From NCBI GenBank assembly GCA_963667175.2, contig CAXXXF010000017.1, positions 43,256-107,255 of the forward strand: 64,000 nt of DNA, in the 5' to 3' direction. The first letter of the stretch is position 1. Each line of letters opens with the position of its first letter. A program made the translations under genes and the position numbers. The notes beneath the pieces were generated by a model that worked only from the letters and a program-made list of their open reading frames with translations, made no database searches and was not told where the DNA came from. Shown one piece after another: positions 51,005 through 61,994 of this stretch. Source of the DNA: Candidatus Latescibacterota bacterium. Lineage in GTDB: Bacteria > Latescibacterota > UBA2968 > GCA-2709665.

Positions 51005-51907
51005 ATGACACAAGATACGTTTGACGCTGTACGAGAGTTGCCATCAGATGATCTGGATGATATCGCTGGAACGCTTGTTGGATTCAAGAGACGTTATGAA
51101 ACATTGAAAAATCATCTAATGATATCGTTAATGCCAGATCAGATAGAGCAATGGAGCAAAAAGCACCATGGACGGATTATTCCCCTATGTGACGTTATTC
51201 GACATAGATATCCGGTTTTTCTTTTCAGTGGCGATGTTGGGACCGGAAAAACAGTAACGGCCGAATGTGCGGCAGACCGGTTGACAAGGGAAATGGGCAG
51301 AGAGGGTTTTTTGCTTAAGCTGAGCACACGCGTGAGAGGTAAGGGACTACATGGAGAAATGAGTCAACTTATTCAGGACGCCTTTGAGAATCTGACAACT
51401 CAAGCGGGCAAAAAACGACTTTCGTTTCTGCTGATAGACGAGGCAGATTCAATTGCATCACTTCGGTCCACGGAACAGATGCACCAGGAAGAAAAGGCTG
51501 CTGTTAATACTCTGATACAGAAAATCGATGAGATTCGCCAGGTGGACGGTCGGGCTGTTATATTTCTGTGCACCAACAGAGCAGATGTTATCGATCGAGC
51601 GGTTGTAAGGCGTGCTGCACTACACATGGAGTTTTCTCGACCAACTGGAGACGAGAGTTTAGAACTGCTGACGCGTGATCTTCAAGGAATAGAATTGGCA
51701 CCAGAAGAGCTATGCGAATTAGCGGCTCTAACCTCAATTGGAGGATTGTATGAGGAAAACGGTTATTCGTTCTCCGATTTTCGGTTGCGCTTTTATCCAG
51801 AAGCGCTTTCTCAGGCCTTTCCGGACCGCGCACTGACTTTCAAAGTTCTGAAGGATACAGTGTCAATCATAAAACCAAGCCCCCGGATCGACAAAAATGC
51901 AAAATGA
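51005..51907 (+). CDS. TRIP13/Pch2-like AAA+ ATPase (Cap6-like)
   Basis: GDVGTGKT, LIDEAD, QMHQEEKAAVNTLIQKID, CTNR. Confidence 0.88.
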   Translation: MTQDTFDAVRELPSDDLDDIAGTLVGFKRRYETLKNHLMISLMPDQIEQWSKKHHGRIIPLCDVIRHRYPVFLFSGDVGTGKTVTAECAADRLTREMGREGFLLKLSTRVRGKGLHGEMSQLIQDAFENLTTQAGKKRLSFLLIDEADSIASLRSTEQMHQEEKAAVNTLIQKIDEIRQVDGRAVIFLCTNRADVIDRAVVRRAALHMEFSRPTGDESLELLTRDLQGIELAPEELCELAALTSIGGLYEENGYSFSDFRLRFYPEALSQAFPDRALTFKVLKDTVSIIKPSPRIDKNAK

Positions 51908-52472
51908 CAGCATGAACTCAAGTCGGGATATTCTTAAGAAACTGAGAAACAAAGCGGAATTGTGCCGTTTCTGTCACGCAGCGCTGAAGGAACGATATAG
52001 CGGTTTCCGTAGCAGCAAAGAATTCAGCGTCGTGTTGTTATCCTTGATTTCTGCCGCATTAATCGGTTTCTACTATCGACGTGTTTGGACTGGCGAACTG
52101 ATCTTGTCCCTAATTTTTCTGATACCACTCTTCACGGCCATTGTTCAAGCACTGGACAACACCGTATTCAAATGGACCGAGAAAGTGGCGCGGCACGAGT
52201 CAGCGGTAGCAATATGGGGAGATTGGATTAGAGAAGCTGACTTTCTTGAGAAGCGTATCGAGCTATATTCCATTGAAGTGATAAACGAAAAAATCCAGAA
52301 TATACAGGACAAGTACATTGTTTGTATGGGTAATACAACGCAGATACCAAATGCAAAGTTTCTGCAATTCAAAAGAAAATTCAGAATACAGGTATTGAGT
52401 TCGAAGAAGATCGATGAGATGACATTGGAGGAATTAGAGTCTTACAGTAAGACTTCAACGCAAAATGCTTAG
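51897..52472 (+). CDS. Two-TM membrane effector (SLATT-like) of CBASS
   Basis: Two adjacent hydrophobic helices with flanking H..L and A.RH positions; last gene of the operon. Confidence 0.65.
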   Translation: MQNDSMNSSRDILKKLRNKAELCRFCHAALKERYSGFRSSKEFSVVLLSLISAALIGFYYRRVWTGELILSLIFLIPLFTAIVQALDNTVFKWTEKVARHESAVAIWGDWIREADFLEKRIELYSIEVINEKIQNIQDKYIVCMGNTTQIPNAKFLQFKRKFRIQVLSSKKIDEMTLEELESYSKTSTQNA

Positions 52473-52570
52473 AAGTTTGGTCACGCTGCTTGCATAGAGG
52501 TTGTCTTTCGCCACACCATCATCGTAATATTCTATGAGCTCTACGGGCGGGAAAAACGACCCATCCAAAT

Positions 52571-53092
52571 CTAACTCCGCAGATTTGCAATTGCTTCGTC
52601 AATGGAATACGAAGGGCCGGTGCTTGGCTTATGTTCCCGATCCAAGATTAACAGGTTCCAACTTACCTCTCGAAGGAGTGCACTGCATATCCGTGCGTTC
52701 TTATCCACGATCCTGAATTTTTCGTATGTGTTGGCGTCGAGTTTACTGAGCAATCTTCCTGTAGAGGTCCAGGTTTCCGAGGGTGTTCTTTTTCCGGTTT
52801 CCTCCAGGCCAGCGATTGCTTTCTCTACATCACCGTTACGACACATCGATTTGTAATTTTTCGGATTCTGCTCAAGCGATTGCAAAAACTTACGCCAGTC
52901 AGCGATCACTTTCAAAATATGCTCGTTCGTTTCTTCAAACCCCTAGCGCATTTCTTTTAGCAGACTCTGCCGGATTTCTTCCTCCTTATCCTGTCGGAAT
53001 TCTTCCTCCATAGAGGGCTGTGACAGTTCATCCATGAATTGCCGTACTGGTCTGTATGTCGCAGACATCACATCCATCACTGCAGTGCCCAT
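52571..53092 (-). pseudogene. Hypothetical protein interrupted by an in-frame TAG at 52943-52945
   Basis: GGAG RBS, then MGTAVMD...LLKEMR-TAG-GFEETNEHILKVIADW, continuous with ORF 52571-52915. Confidence 0.6.
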
Positions 53093-53172
53093 CTCGTTTT
53101 CTCCAGAAAGATATCTGGTTGTCTTTTATTACCAGGAACAGCAAATAGTGGCCAGTGGTCAGGAAGAGCAGT

Positions 53173-53933
<761 letters not shown>

Positions 53934-54545
53934 TGTCAGCTTTCATTTATTTTCAGGAGCAGCAAATAGTCGACATCCAGATCCAACCAAAGAAGAGTGG
54001 GAGGACGTAAACAATACGGTGCTCCCCGTAATAAATATCTTTCCGAAAAAATATGCACGCGTGTCCACAATGTCAACTGTGTTTTATGCAACTGTCAACG
54101 CAAAAAATAAAAGTCGAGTCCACTCTGAAAAGTGAGATTCGTGTAATTTTCCTTCAATTTTGGTTCAGAAGCGGCAATTTTCGACAAGATCTATATCCGC
54201 ATAAACCATTATATATGATATTTTTATACCAGATATGATTTCGATTTACTTCGGAATGACACATCGTTTTAGACCTCGTCAGACGAAATTTGAGTCGTTT
54301 TCCACTCATTTCGAGAGTGTCTGCAAGAGCGTCTCAGATGAACTCAGGCTGGTTGGGGAGGCATTGTTCTAAGGATTCCCGTTACTTGCAGGTTCAGGGT
54401 TGAGCGCCTTGAAAATCGTAGAATTGAACCACCAAAAATTGGGAGTGCCCTCGAATTACTACTGGTCGCCGGCAACCGCGGACTCACTAAGCAAGTCGAT
54501 AAAGATGGCATGGAGGACGATGGATTGGGTGCGAAGGGATTTGCC

Positions 54546-55472
54546 ATGAAGAATGTCATGCAGAAAATCAACATGCTCAATGATGATGAAATTTCGAAGT
54601 TTAAAAATCCGGCCCACCGAATCATGGAGGCCAGCGAGCAGATGTTTCGCTCGTTTCACGCGAATCCCATTCAACGCGACTTCTCGTCAGAATTCGAAGC
54701 CATTGCCGCCTGGAGTACAGTTACGTGCTGTTATTCCGGCATTGAGCAGGCCCTGAAGTGCCTATTAAAGATGCAAGGTACGTTCATTGACAAGCCTGCT
54801 CGGGAGGGTGGACACCGCCATCACGATATTGGGAAGCTCTTCAAGGATCTTGCTCCTGAAGAGCAGGATGTTCTCCGCGTCTCCTATGGTATTTATCGTT
54901 CGCTGCACGATTGCATTCCCCCCGAAACCGTCGACTGCTTCCTTGACGGCATTGACAAAGGGTACACGACGTGGCGCTATTTCCTCCTTGATGGACGAAA
55001 GTCGGACGATTGGCCGACGCCCCATCCCGGTGCGATGGTAGATATCTGGTCAGCACTTTCGAATATTATTTGTGCAAGGGTATACTGCAATCACGGACTT
55101 CAAACAGTGAAACAGCGAATCGACATCCATCTGCGTGAGGAACATATCCGTGCGGAGCGTGAGTCGGACGACGAGCGAGACATCCGACACATCAACGAAA
55201 TCCTCGGCTGGCAGCAAAGGGATTGTTTCCTGGATATCAATGTCTACTCCAGTCTCCTCTATTGCCATGGGAACGGAAAACCACTCCACGTCGACCCACA
55301 GTCGGCCTCCGTACCTGAGGAACTTACCAGACTGCCTGTACTGAAAGCATTCACTCGCAATGTACGGCAACGAAAAAACGACAATGACCTTTCCCATTTT
55401 CAACACCGAGCCGAAACCAGCAGGATAGTTTGGAATTCTGCTACAGTTCGCTTCGAGACCGACTTCCATTGA
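54546..55472 (+). CDS. Hypothetical protein, HEPN-like N-terminal half
   Basis: YSGIEQALKCLL...HHDIGKLF...WRY pattern resembles HEPN ExxLK...H motifs. Confidence 0.5.
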   Translation: MKNVMQKINMLNDDEISKFKNPAHRIMEASEQMFRSFHANPIQRDFSSEFEAIAAWSTVTCCYSGIEQALKCLLKMQGTFIDKPAREGGHRHHDIGKLFKDLAPEEQDVLRVSYGIYRSLHDCIPPETVDCFLDGIDKGYTTWRYFLLDGRKSDDWPTPHPGAMVDIWSALSNIICARVYCNHGLQTVKQRIDIHLREEHIRAERESDDERDIRHINEILGWQQRDCFLDINVYSSLLYCHGNGKPLHVDPQSASVPEELTRLPVLKAFTRNVRQRKNDNDLSHFQHRAETSRIVWNSATVRFETDFH

Positions 55473-55870
55473 ATGACGTTCACCCCATATCATTCCGCTG
55501 GCAGCCTCCGATCACCATTTGGTGGATTTGAATCCGCGTCACTATTCCCGGTTTATTGTCATTATCTCATCCGTCCTGTCCATCCATGTTGATTTTGATT
55601 CGCCAATTCCACCTGAGTTCGTGTAGAGGCTCATACGTCGGTTTCGAGCAACGTGCACAATCAGCTTCCACCGCTATTGCCCTGTTGTTGTGTTTTTATC
55701 CTGTTCATCCTGTCTATCCATGTAAGTTGCTTTGCCTTTTGGTTTTGAGATATCCATGTTGACCAATGTCGGAACAAGGCCGCGACGGTTTTTTTACGTC
55801 AGTATTCTGTGCCATCGTTGAACGAAACGCGTCAGTTTGGGTGATAAGCTTAAAGCCAGGGGTGGAGGCG

Positions 55871-56914
55871 ATGTTGACACGCCTGCAGATACGAAATTTC
55901 CGCGGCTTCAATGCGCTCAAGATTGACCACTTAAATGCTATCAACCTGATTGCCGGGAAAAACAACTCTGGAAAGACAAGCCTGCTTGAAGCGATTTTTC
56001 TTCTGTCCGGAGCGGGGAATACTCAATTGGCAATGAATGACAATGGCATTCGGGACCTGGCGCCACACGGGGTTTCTACGGGCGATCCGTTCTGGAAACA
56101 GCTTTTTTTCAATCGGGATATGGGACGATCGATCGAGATTACCGCGCGTCGTTCAACACGCGATCAATTGACCCTTAAGATCACTTCGGAAAGACAGCCG
56201 ACGACCGAAATACCCCTTGACCGAACGAATGGAACGTCCACTACAAATTTCCTCAACGAGCAATTGCTCGCGTTTGAGTATACTGGACCGTCAGCGAATT
56301 CGGTAAAGAGCCAGATTCGTATGAAGGAACAGGGCTTTCAGGTAGATCAGCCTTCGACAAGTCCCCTGTTTCGGGCGATATTCCTCTCGTCTCGAAATCG
56401 GAATATCCACGAAGACGCAGTAAGATTAGGACGGTTAAGGCAGCAAAAGCAGGGAGATATGCTCTTGACGGCACTGCGGGTTTTCGAACCGAGATTGCTG
56501 AGCATTGAGGATAATGCTTATAGCGGAACGCCCATGATCTGGGGAGATATCGGGTGGTCCGAATTGGTACCATTATCCGTAATGGGCGAAGGCATGACAC
56601 AGATCGCCCGCCTTGTATTGGGTATCGCTTCCGTACCGGATGGCGTCGTTTTGGTGGATGAACTCGAAAATGGCATACACCACTCGGTACTACCTGATGT
56701 ATGGCGCGTCATCGATGAAGCGGCCAAACAGTTTCGGACTCAAATATTCGCAACCACGCACAGTCTGGAATGCGTCATTGCAGCTCATGATTCTCTCAGA
56801 AAGGACAGGTTCCGGCTACACAGGCTTGAGATTACTGAGAACACAAGCCGCTGTGTCACATACGAACCTGAATCAATCGATTCGGCAATCCGCCATAATC
56901 TCGAGGTTCGATAG
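55871..56914 (+). CDS. AAA_15/AAA_21-type ABC ATPase
   Basis: GKNNSGKT, MGEG, LVDELENGIH, QIFATTHS. Confidence 0.88.
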   Translation: MLTRLQIRNFRGFNALKIDHLNAINLIAGKNNSGKTSLLEAIFLLSGAGNTQLAMNDNGIRDLAPHGVSTGDPFWKQLFFNRDMGRSIEITARRSTRDQLTLKITSERQPTTEIPLDRTNGTSTTNFLNEQLLAFEYTGPSANSVKSQIRMKEQGFQVDQPSTSPLFRAIFLSSRNRNIHEDAVRLGRLRQQKQGDMLLTALRVFEPRLLSIEDNAYSGTPMIWGDIGWSELVPLSVMGEGMTQIARLVLGIASVPDGVVLVDELENGIHHSVLPDVWRVIDEAAKQFRTQIFATTHSLECVIAAHDSLRKDRFRLHRLEITENTSRCVTYEPESIDSAIRHNLEVR

Positions 56915-57045
56915 GAACGCCAGGACCACAAGCAATTCAGTCGGAAATCCAGCTTCTTGTAGAAGGCAATGACCATCTAGATTTTTTATGAAGCATTTGT
57001 CAAACATCCTTCTCTTTACCGTATCCGTATCTGCCCTGTTTTGTG
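56911..57045 (+). pseudogene. Truncated DUF3226/TOPRIM-like partner of the ATPase
   Basis: IGTPGPQAIQSEIQLLVEGNDHLDFYEAF then runs into a 9-mer repeat copy; ATA in place of a start codon. Confidence 0.55.
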
Positions 57046-57204
57046 GTTTTATCCTGTCCATCCTGTCTCTCCGTGTTTGATGGTCTTGAACTGCATTTTC
57101 CACGTGAGTCCGTGTCGGCGCTCAGGCGTCGGCTTCGAACAACAAGCGCATATCGGTCCATCCGTGTAAATAATCGGAAATTGCGGGATCCTGTGCGCCG
57201 TCGC

Positions 57205-57572
57205 TTCAAACATCCGTTTTACGACACCGAAAAGCCCCACACTCGCCAGGTCGAATGCGGGGCCGTTCCAAATCCGGACATGCCGGCGACTAATCCGAGA
57301 ACGCCTTGAATGCTAGCCCTGCGATAGCCAGTACCGTCGCAACCTGCAACGGTACGATCCAACGGTACAGCCCGTCGATCCTGGCTTCCAGGGACATGCG
57401 GGTCGTGTCAATCCTGGCGTCCACCGCGTCTATCTTTGTCTCCATCCGCCCCAAACGGACGTCGATCTGTTCGACCACGCCATCAAGACGGGCAATACGC
57501 CCCTCATGGTCCAGAGGATGCGGACGTTTCTGCGCTGGATTCGTCTCGGCCATCGTCTTTCATCTCCACTTG
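57205..57572. repeat. Direct repeat copy B
   Basis: Aligns with 47940-48307. Confidence 0.85.
57290..57553 (-). CDS. Small coiled-coil protein with C-terminal TM helix, copy B
   Basis: 87 aa, near-identical to 48025-48288. Confidence 0.75.
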   Translation of the reverse strand: MAETNPAQKRPHPLDHEGRIARLDGVVEQIDVRLGRMETKIDAVDARIDTTRMSLEARIDGLYRWIVPLQVATVLAIAGLAFKAFSD

Positions 57573-57707
57573 ACGATATTATATGGTCAGTTGTGAAGTC
57601 AGATTGGTCAGAGTCGTACTGTGCGGTCCAGGGTGGGAGGACTCATCGCCATAATGCGGAATAGGTAGCATTCCTCCCGCTATTTGGTTTTGTCCTGTTG
57701 ATCCTGT

Positions 57708-58037
57708 CTATCCATGTTTGCTGGTTTTGATCTCTTCCAACAGGTCGCGCAGTTCCTCGGCAATTCGAGGATCCGGCTTGCCAGCAAGCGCTTTGCTGGC
57801 TAACTGCTCTGCCAGGCGCGGCTGGTTGCAGTCCAAAGCCAGCCACCCGGCACTACGGTGTAATATCGAATAAGTTGGCTCCACCGGCTCGGACATCTCA
57901 CCAAGAGCCTTGAGCTCCAGGTTCAGGGCCTGGTCAAACAACTCCTGTGACCGCTCCCTGTTTCCCCGTCGCCGTTCTTGATCGGCCAAAAACGCGGCAT
58001 TCATGGCTTCGTCGTGGAATTTATCAACATCGCTCAT
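57708..58037 (-). CDS. Hypothetical TPR-like helical protein
   Basis: MSDVDKFHDEAM...PTYSILHRSAGWLALDC...IAEELRDLLE; stop codon supplied by a 9-mer repeat copy. Confidence 0.65.
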   Translation of the reverse strand: MSDVDKFHDEAMNAAFLADQERRRGNRERSQELFDQALNLELKALGEMSEPVEPTYSILHRSAGWLALDCNQPRLAEQLASKALAGKPDPRIAEELRDLLEEIKTSKHG

Positions 58038-58540
58038 TTTTTCTGAACCTCTGCAACCCGAGTCCCCAAATCTACGACGATAACGTACATTTGCATGATG
58101 AATGGAAGTCACTTCAAAGTCGACTGTGTAAATGACCGGTGATGTTCGATTTGGCAATGTCAGAAATAATCGCCAATCGGTACAGCACAGATGTATCTCT
58201 GATATTACGGGACAAGGGTTCGAACAACTGATTAAACCCAAATGCTGCACATAAGTATAGTATTTTTGTGGGAGATGTCAAGAGTCGATGAATGACCGGA
58301 ATCTGGCAATTTGAGCAATTTCAGTTGATCTGGTTTTGCGGGTCTGTTTTCTTTTCATCCTGCCCATCCATGTTTGTTGGTTTTGATCTGCCGCTGCGCA
58401 GTTTTGTGGCTTTCGTTGCGGTATTTCTAAGGGTCTTGACAAGAAGTCAAGCCTCTGTATATTTACGAATGAAATTTCCCCGTGTGTATTGTTTATGATT
58501 GAAAGAGATTTTTGTCTCAAAAGAGGGGTGGAGCGAAAAC

Positions 58541-59101
58541 ATGGGGACCTTAGTCCTTGATTCTTCTACGGTAATTCCTACTTTTGTAAAAGCCCCTACT
58601 GCGAAAATTGAGAAAGAGGACACGACTACATTAGATGTCGACTTAGTGGTAAAGGATCCTGTGCAAAAGGCCATACAGGATTTGCACGCAGTCGAAAAAA
58701 CTGTGGATCATCATTTGTTAATTATGTCTGAAATCGTTGAAACCTTTAATGAAGATGGAACTGGCTTTTATGCTGAGATATCTCGTTTAACGAGTACCGA
58801 TGATTTAATCGCTAATCTTGAAGAAAGTGAGCCGAAGTTATTTAAGGGTTTGGATGAAATTCACAAAGAGCAAGAAATAATAGAACAAAATGTAGTACGC
58901 GCTCCTAACCCATATAATCGAAAAATCTTAGATAAGTACATCAAGGTGGCAAGCAAGTATAAGGAATACCTAAATCTCTTTCAGGATTATAAATGGAACC
59001 TTATGATATACCAAGCCCGACACGAACATTACGCGGGTAAAGATGCAGGTTCAGATGGAACAGACTCCAGACAATCTACAAAAGACTCTGACACTACTTG
59101 A
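58541..59101 (+). CDS. Hypothetical AT-rich helical protein, candidate antitoxin
   Basis: GGAG RBS; overlaps downstream RelE-like gene. Confidence 0.55.
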   Translation: MGTLVLDSSTVIPTFVKAPTAKIEKEDTTTLDVDLVVKDPVQKAIQDLHAVEKTVDHHLLIMSEIVETFNEDGTGFYAEISRLTSTDDLIANLEESEPKLFKGLDEIHKEQEIIEQNVVRAPNPYNRKILDKYIKVASKYKEYLNLFQDYKWNLMIYQARHEHYAGKDAGSDGTDSRQSTKDSDTT

Positions 59102-59381
59102 AATAGAATATCTTCCAATTACTCTAGATTCACCAGGGAAGGCTTTTGCAAAACATCGCGATCGTCTACCCGAAGAAATGAAAGAGAGTTTAGAGGAAGT
59201 CATTCAAGAACTAAGGACGAATACGCTCAAGCCCGGTCGTAAGTTCAAAAAATTAAAAAACAAAGATGGTGACTTTTTTGAAGTTCGGTTAAACAAACAA
59301 TATAGATTTGTGTTTGAAATCTATGCTCCAGGAAAAGGAATTCATCTTGCCGTTGGGACGCATAAACAGGTAGGAACCTGA
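59043..59381 (+). CDS. RelE/ParE-superfamily toxin-like protein (start uncertain)
   Basis: FKKLKNKDGDFFEVRLNKQYRFVF...LAVGTH. Confidence 0.65.
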   Translation: MQVQMEQTPDNLQKTLTLLEIEYLPITLDSPGKAFAKHRDRLPEEMKESLEEVIQELRTNTLKPGRKFKKLKNKDGDFFEVRLNKQYRFVFEIYAPGKGIHLAVGTHKQVGT

Positions 59382-60142
59382 TAGAATTCCCGAATAAGAA
59401 AGACGCCGAAACAAACCATTCAAGGTCGCGCGCCTTTGGGCAGCCCTGGGGGAGAACTCCCCTGGGGATTATTTATTATATGATGGAAATATGACAAATA
59501 TTCCGGGGCTGTGTGAAATGTTCGCGCGCGCCGGGTAGCGGTACGACCGATGGGTGGATGAAGTACGAATGCCCGAGCCCATGCCGTTTTGGCAACAAAG
59601 CGGGACCCCCACTGTTCCGATGGTGTGGCGGCGCAAGAGAAATATCTGGATTTAGACCATAACGTATTTTGTAACGTCCGAGATTTTCTACGAAACATAC
59701 TGAAGCCATTGTCTACAGTAATGGGGAAATCAATAGGTTGAAGGTCGGGTCCGCGCATCCATTCGACTATGAGGTCTGAAGACAATCCTTGAAAAAACGT
59801 TAGTCCTGGTGCACGTTCTACACCCATGTCCACTCGGCATGGGTTCTTTATCAGGCGTAACCTTGCCCGAATTTTACTCATAAAAGGACGTCATTGCTCG
59901 GTGTTCATCCTGTCCATCCATGTTTGGTGGTTTTGATCTGCGAATTCCACATCGGTCCGTGTCGGCGCTCGAACGTCGGCTGCGGCAACTTGCACGATCA
60001 GCTTCAACCGGATTTATCCGTCTTTGGGGTTTTATCCTGTTCATCCTGTCCATCCATGTTTGTTGTTTTGTGTCGTTGAAGTTGCTTTGCCTTTTCGGTT
60101 TTGCCGTTTCCGTCTTGATCCATGTTGCGAAGGAGGCCGCGA

Positions 60143-60754
60143 ATGCCATATATCGACGTCATTCTTCCGGAGGCCGCGACGGGTTTGTTGAAGCAGCAGT
60201 ATGACGCCGCGATGGGGCGGGAAGGCCGCGTTTGGGGCATTGTCTCCGCGATGAGCCAGAACCCCCGCGCGATGAAGGCGTCGCTGGATTTCTACGGCGC
60301 ATTGATGCACGGCCCCTCCCCCTTGAGCAGGGCGCAACGAGAGATGCTCGCCGTGGTCGTCTCGGCCGCGAACCATTGCGTGTACTGAATACGCGCCCAC
60401 GCCCACGACCTCCGTGCCGAGGTCGCCGCAGAATTTGGCGTTGAAGATGACAACGAGGCCGACCGGCTGGTGCATCTGATTGCGGCCGACTGGCGCAAGG
60501 CCCCCCTCTCCCCCGCCGACCGCGCGCTGTGCGCCTTCGCGGAGAAGCTCAGCCTGGATCCGCGGGACTCGACCACCGCGGATATCGAGCGGCTGCGCAA
60601 GCACGGCTTCGACGACCGCGCCATCCACGACGCCGTCCAGATCACCGGCTTCTTCAACTACATCAACCGTGTGGCCGATGCGCTCGGCGTCGAACCGGAG
60701 ACATTCACGAAGGCATGGGAAGAAACCGGCGAAGATCCTGACAAAGGTGAATGA
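60143..60754 (+). CDS. AhpD/carboxymuconolactone decarboxylase-like peroxidase, probable selenoprotein (CxxU)
   Basis: REMLAVVVSAANHCVY-TGA-IRAH continues in frame to FFNYINRVADALG; hairpin at 60406-60425 downstream of the TGA. Confidence 0.85.
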
Positions 60755-61383
60755 AGCATGGATGCACAGGACAGGCAGGATAAAGGCAAAACAGGAGATA
60801 GCATCACAAACATACAGACGGGACACAACAGGGTGCGGTCTGCGGCTGATGACGAGACTCCGTAGTACATTACAAGCACGTTGACGCAGTGTGCGACATC
60901 GATCCCGTGAAGCGTAAATCCGGAACTGCGACGGCAGGATTAAATGATGTGCTGGCTTGACCAGGTGTTTCCGGTTTGGATGTTATCCTGTTTATCCTGT
61001 CCATCCATGTCGGCAATGGTTGGTAGCGAATGACCATCGAGAATTGATGCAGTGGAACACGGATACAGTGGAACACGGATACACAGGATAGGCAGGATAA
61101 AGGCGTAAAACCGGAAAAGGCGGTAGGAGAAACCAGGTCAGGTTGGCAGGCGAAAATATGGCAGCGACAGGAGGCAGCGCGAAAAGCTGGATTGATCGCT
61201 GGCAAGGAAGTCAATCTTTCTTGGATTTGTCGATATTATCCCGTTCATCCTGTCCATCCATGTGAAATTCTCGATTTGTCCCCGTTAGTCATACCCTGTC
61301 GTTTCATTTGACAGGATTTCTTGTTTATGTATATTATGACCATAGTCATAACTATAGTCATATATTTTACGTGGTGAGAATTC

Positions 61384-61614
61384 ATGAATTCCATCTCGAA
61401 GAGCAAACTGAAAGCGAACATGCTGCGCATCTTTCGCGAGCTTGAAGAATCCGGCGAGTCGTTGATCGTCACGGATCGCAGGCGCCCGGTGTTGCGCATC
61501 CAGCCGATTTCGAGAAAGAAGACGGTCGAAGACGTTTTCGGCGCGCTTTCGGGCCAGGTCATTTATCGCGACGACGTCAATCTTCCAACCACAGATGAAT
61601 GGACTGAATTGTGA
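61384..61614 (+). CDS. Phd/YefM family antitoxin
   Basis: ISKSKLKANMLRIFRELEESGESLIVTDRRRPV. Confidence 0.82.
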   Translation: MNSISKSKLKANMLRIFRELEESGESLIVTDRRRPVLRIQPISRKKTVEDVFGALSGQVIYRDDVNLPTTDEWTEL

Positions 61615-61994
61615 TGGTCCTCCTGGACACGTCCGCCCTCACCTTCTGGACGCTCGATCGAGATCGGCTGTCGAATGCTGCCGCAAGGGCGATTGCGGAG
61701 GCCGACAGGATAGCCCTGAGTGCGATATCGATATGGGAAATCGGTATCAAGGTCAAGAAAGAACAACTGTTTATACCGATTCCAATCCTGGAATTCGCTG
61801 ACAGACTGGAACAGGTCGACCGCATCGAAATCCTCCCGGTTTGCGCCCGGACATGGATCAGAAATCTGGAACTCGCCTGGGACCATCGCGACCCGGCGGA
61901 CCGGACCATCGTCGCCACCGCCGGCCTGAACGCCTGTCCCATCGTCACCTCCGATGCGATCATCCGGGCGTACTACTCGCAGACCATCTGGTAG
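61611..61994 (+). CDS. VapC-family PIN domain toxin
   Basis: LLDTS, SAISIWEI, HRDPADRTIVATA, IVTSD. Confidence 0.9.
   Translation: MMVLLDTSALTFWTLDRDRLSNAAARAIAEADRIALSAISIWEIGIKVKKEQLFIPIPILEFADRLEQVDRIEILPVCARTWIRNLELAWDHRDPADRTIVATAGLNACPIVTSDAIIRAYYSQTIW

Noticed and set aside
52943-52945. Pyrrolysine or alternative genetic code at the in-frame TAG
   Set aside because: TAG is a normal stop in many genes of this window and there is no pyl context
59420-59881. 153-aa minus-strand ORF with faint Y1 transposase-like words (LWSKSRYF, IINNP)
   Set aside because: No HUH motif and no coherent family match; cannot be supported without a search
61050-61081. 16-bp tandem duplication CAGTGGAACACGGATA x2
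   Set aside because: Local slippage at the head of a 9-mer repeat copy; no independent function evident
55555-61262. CRISPR array interpretation of the recurring ~29-bp repeats
   Set aside because: Spacing is irregular (about 100 bp to over 1 kb), both orientations occur, copies are degenerate and internally periodic, and there are no cas genes
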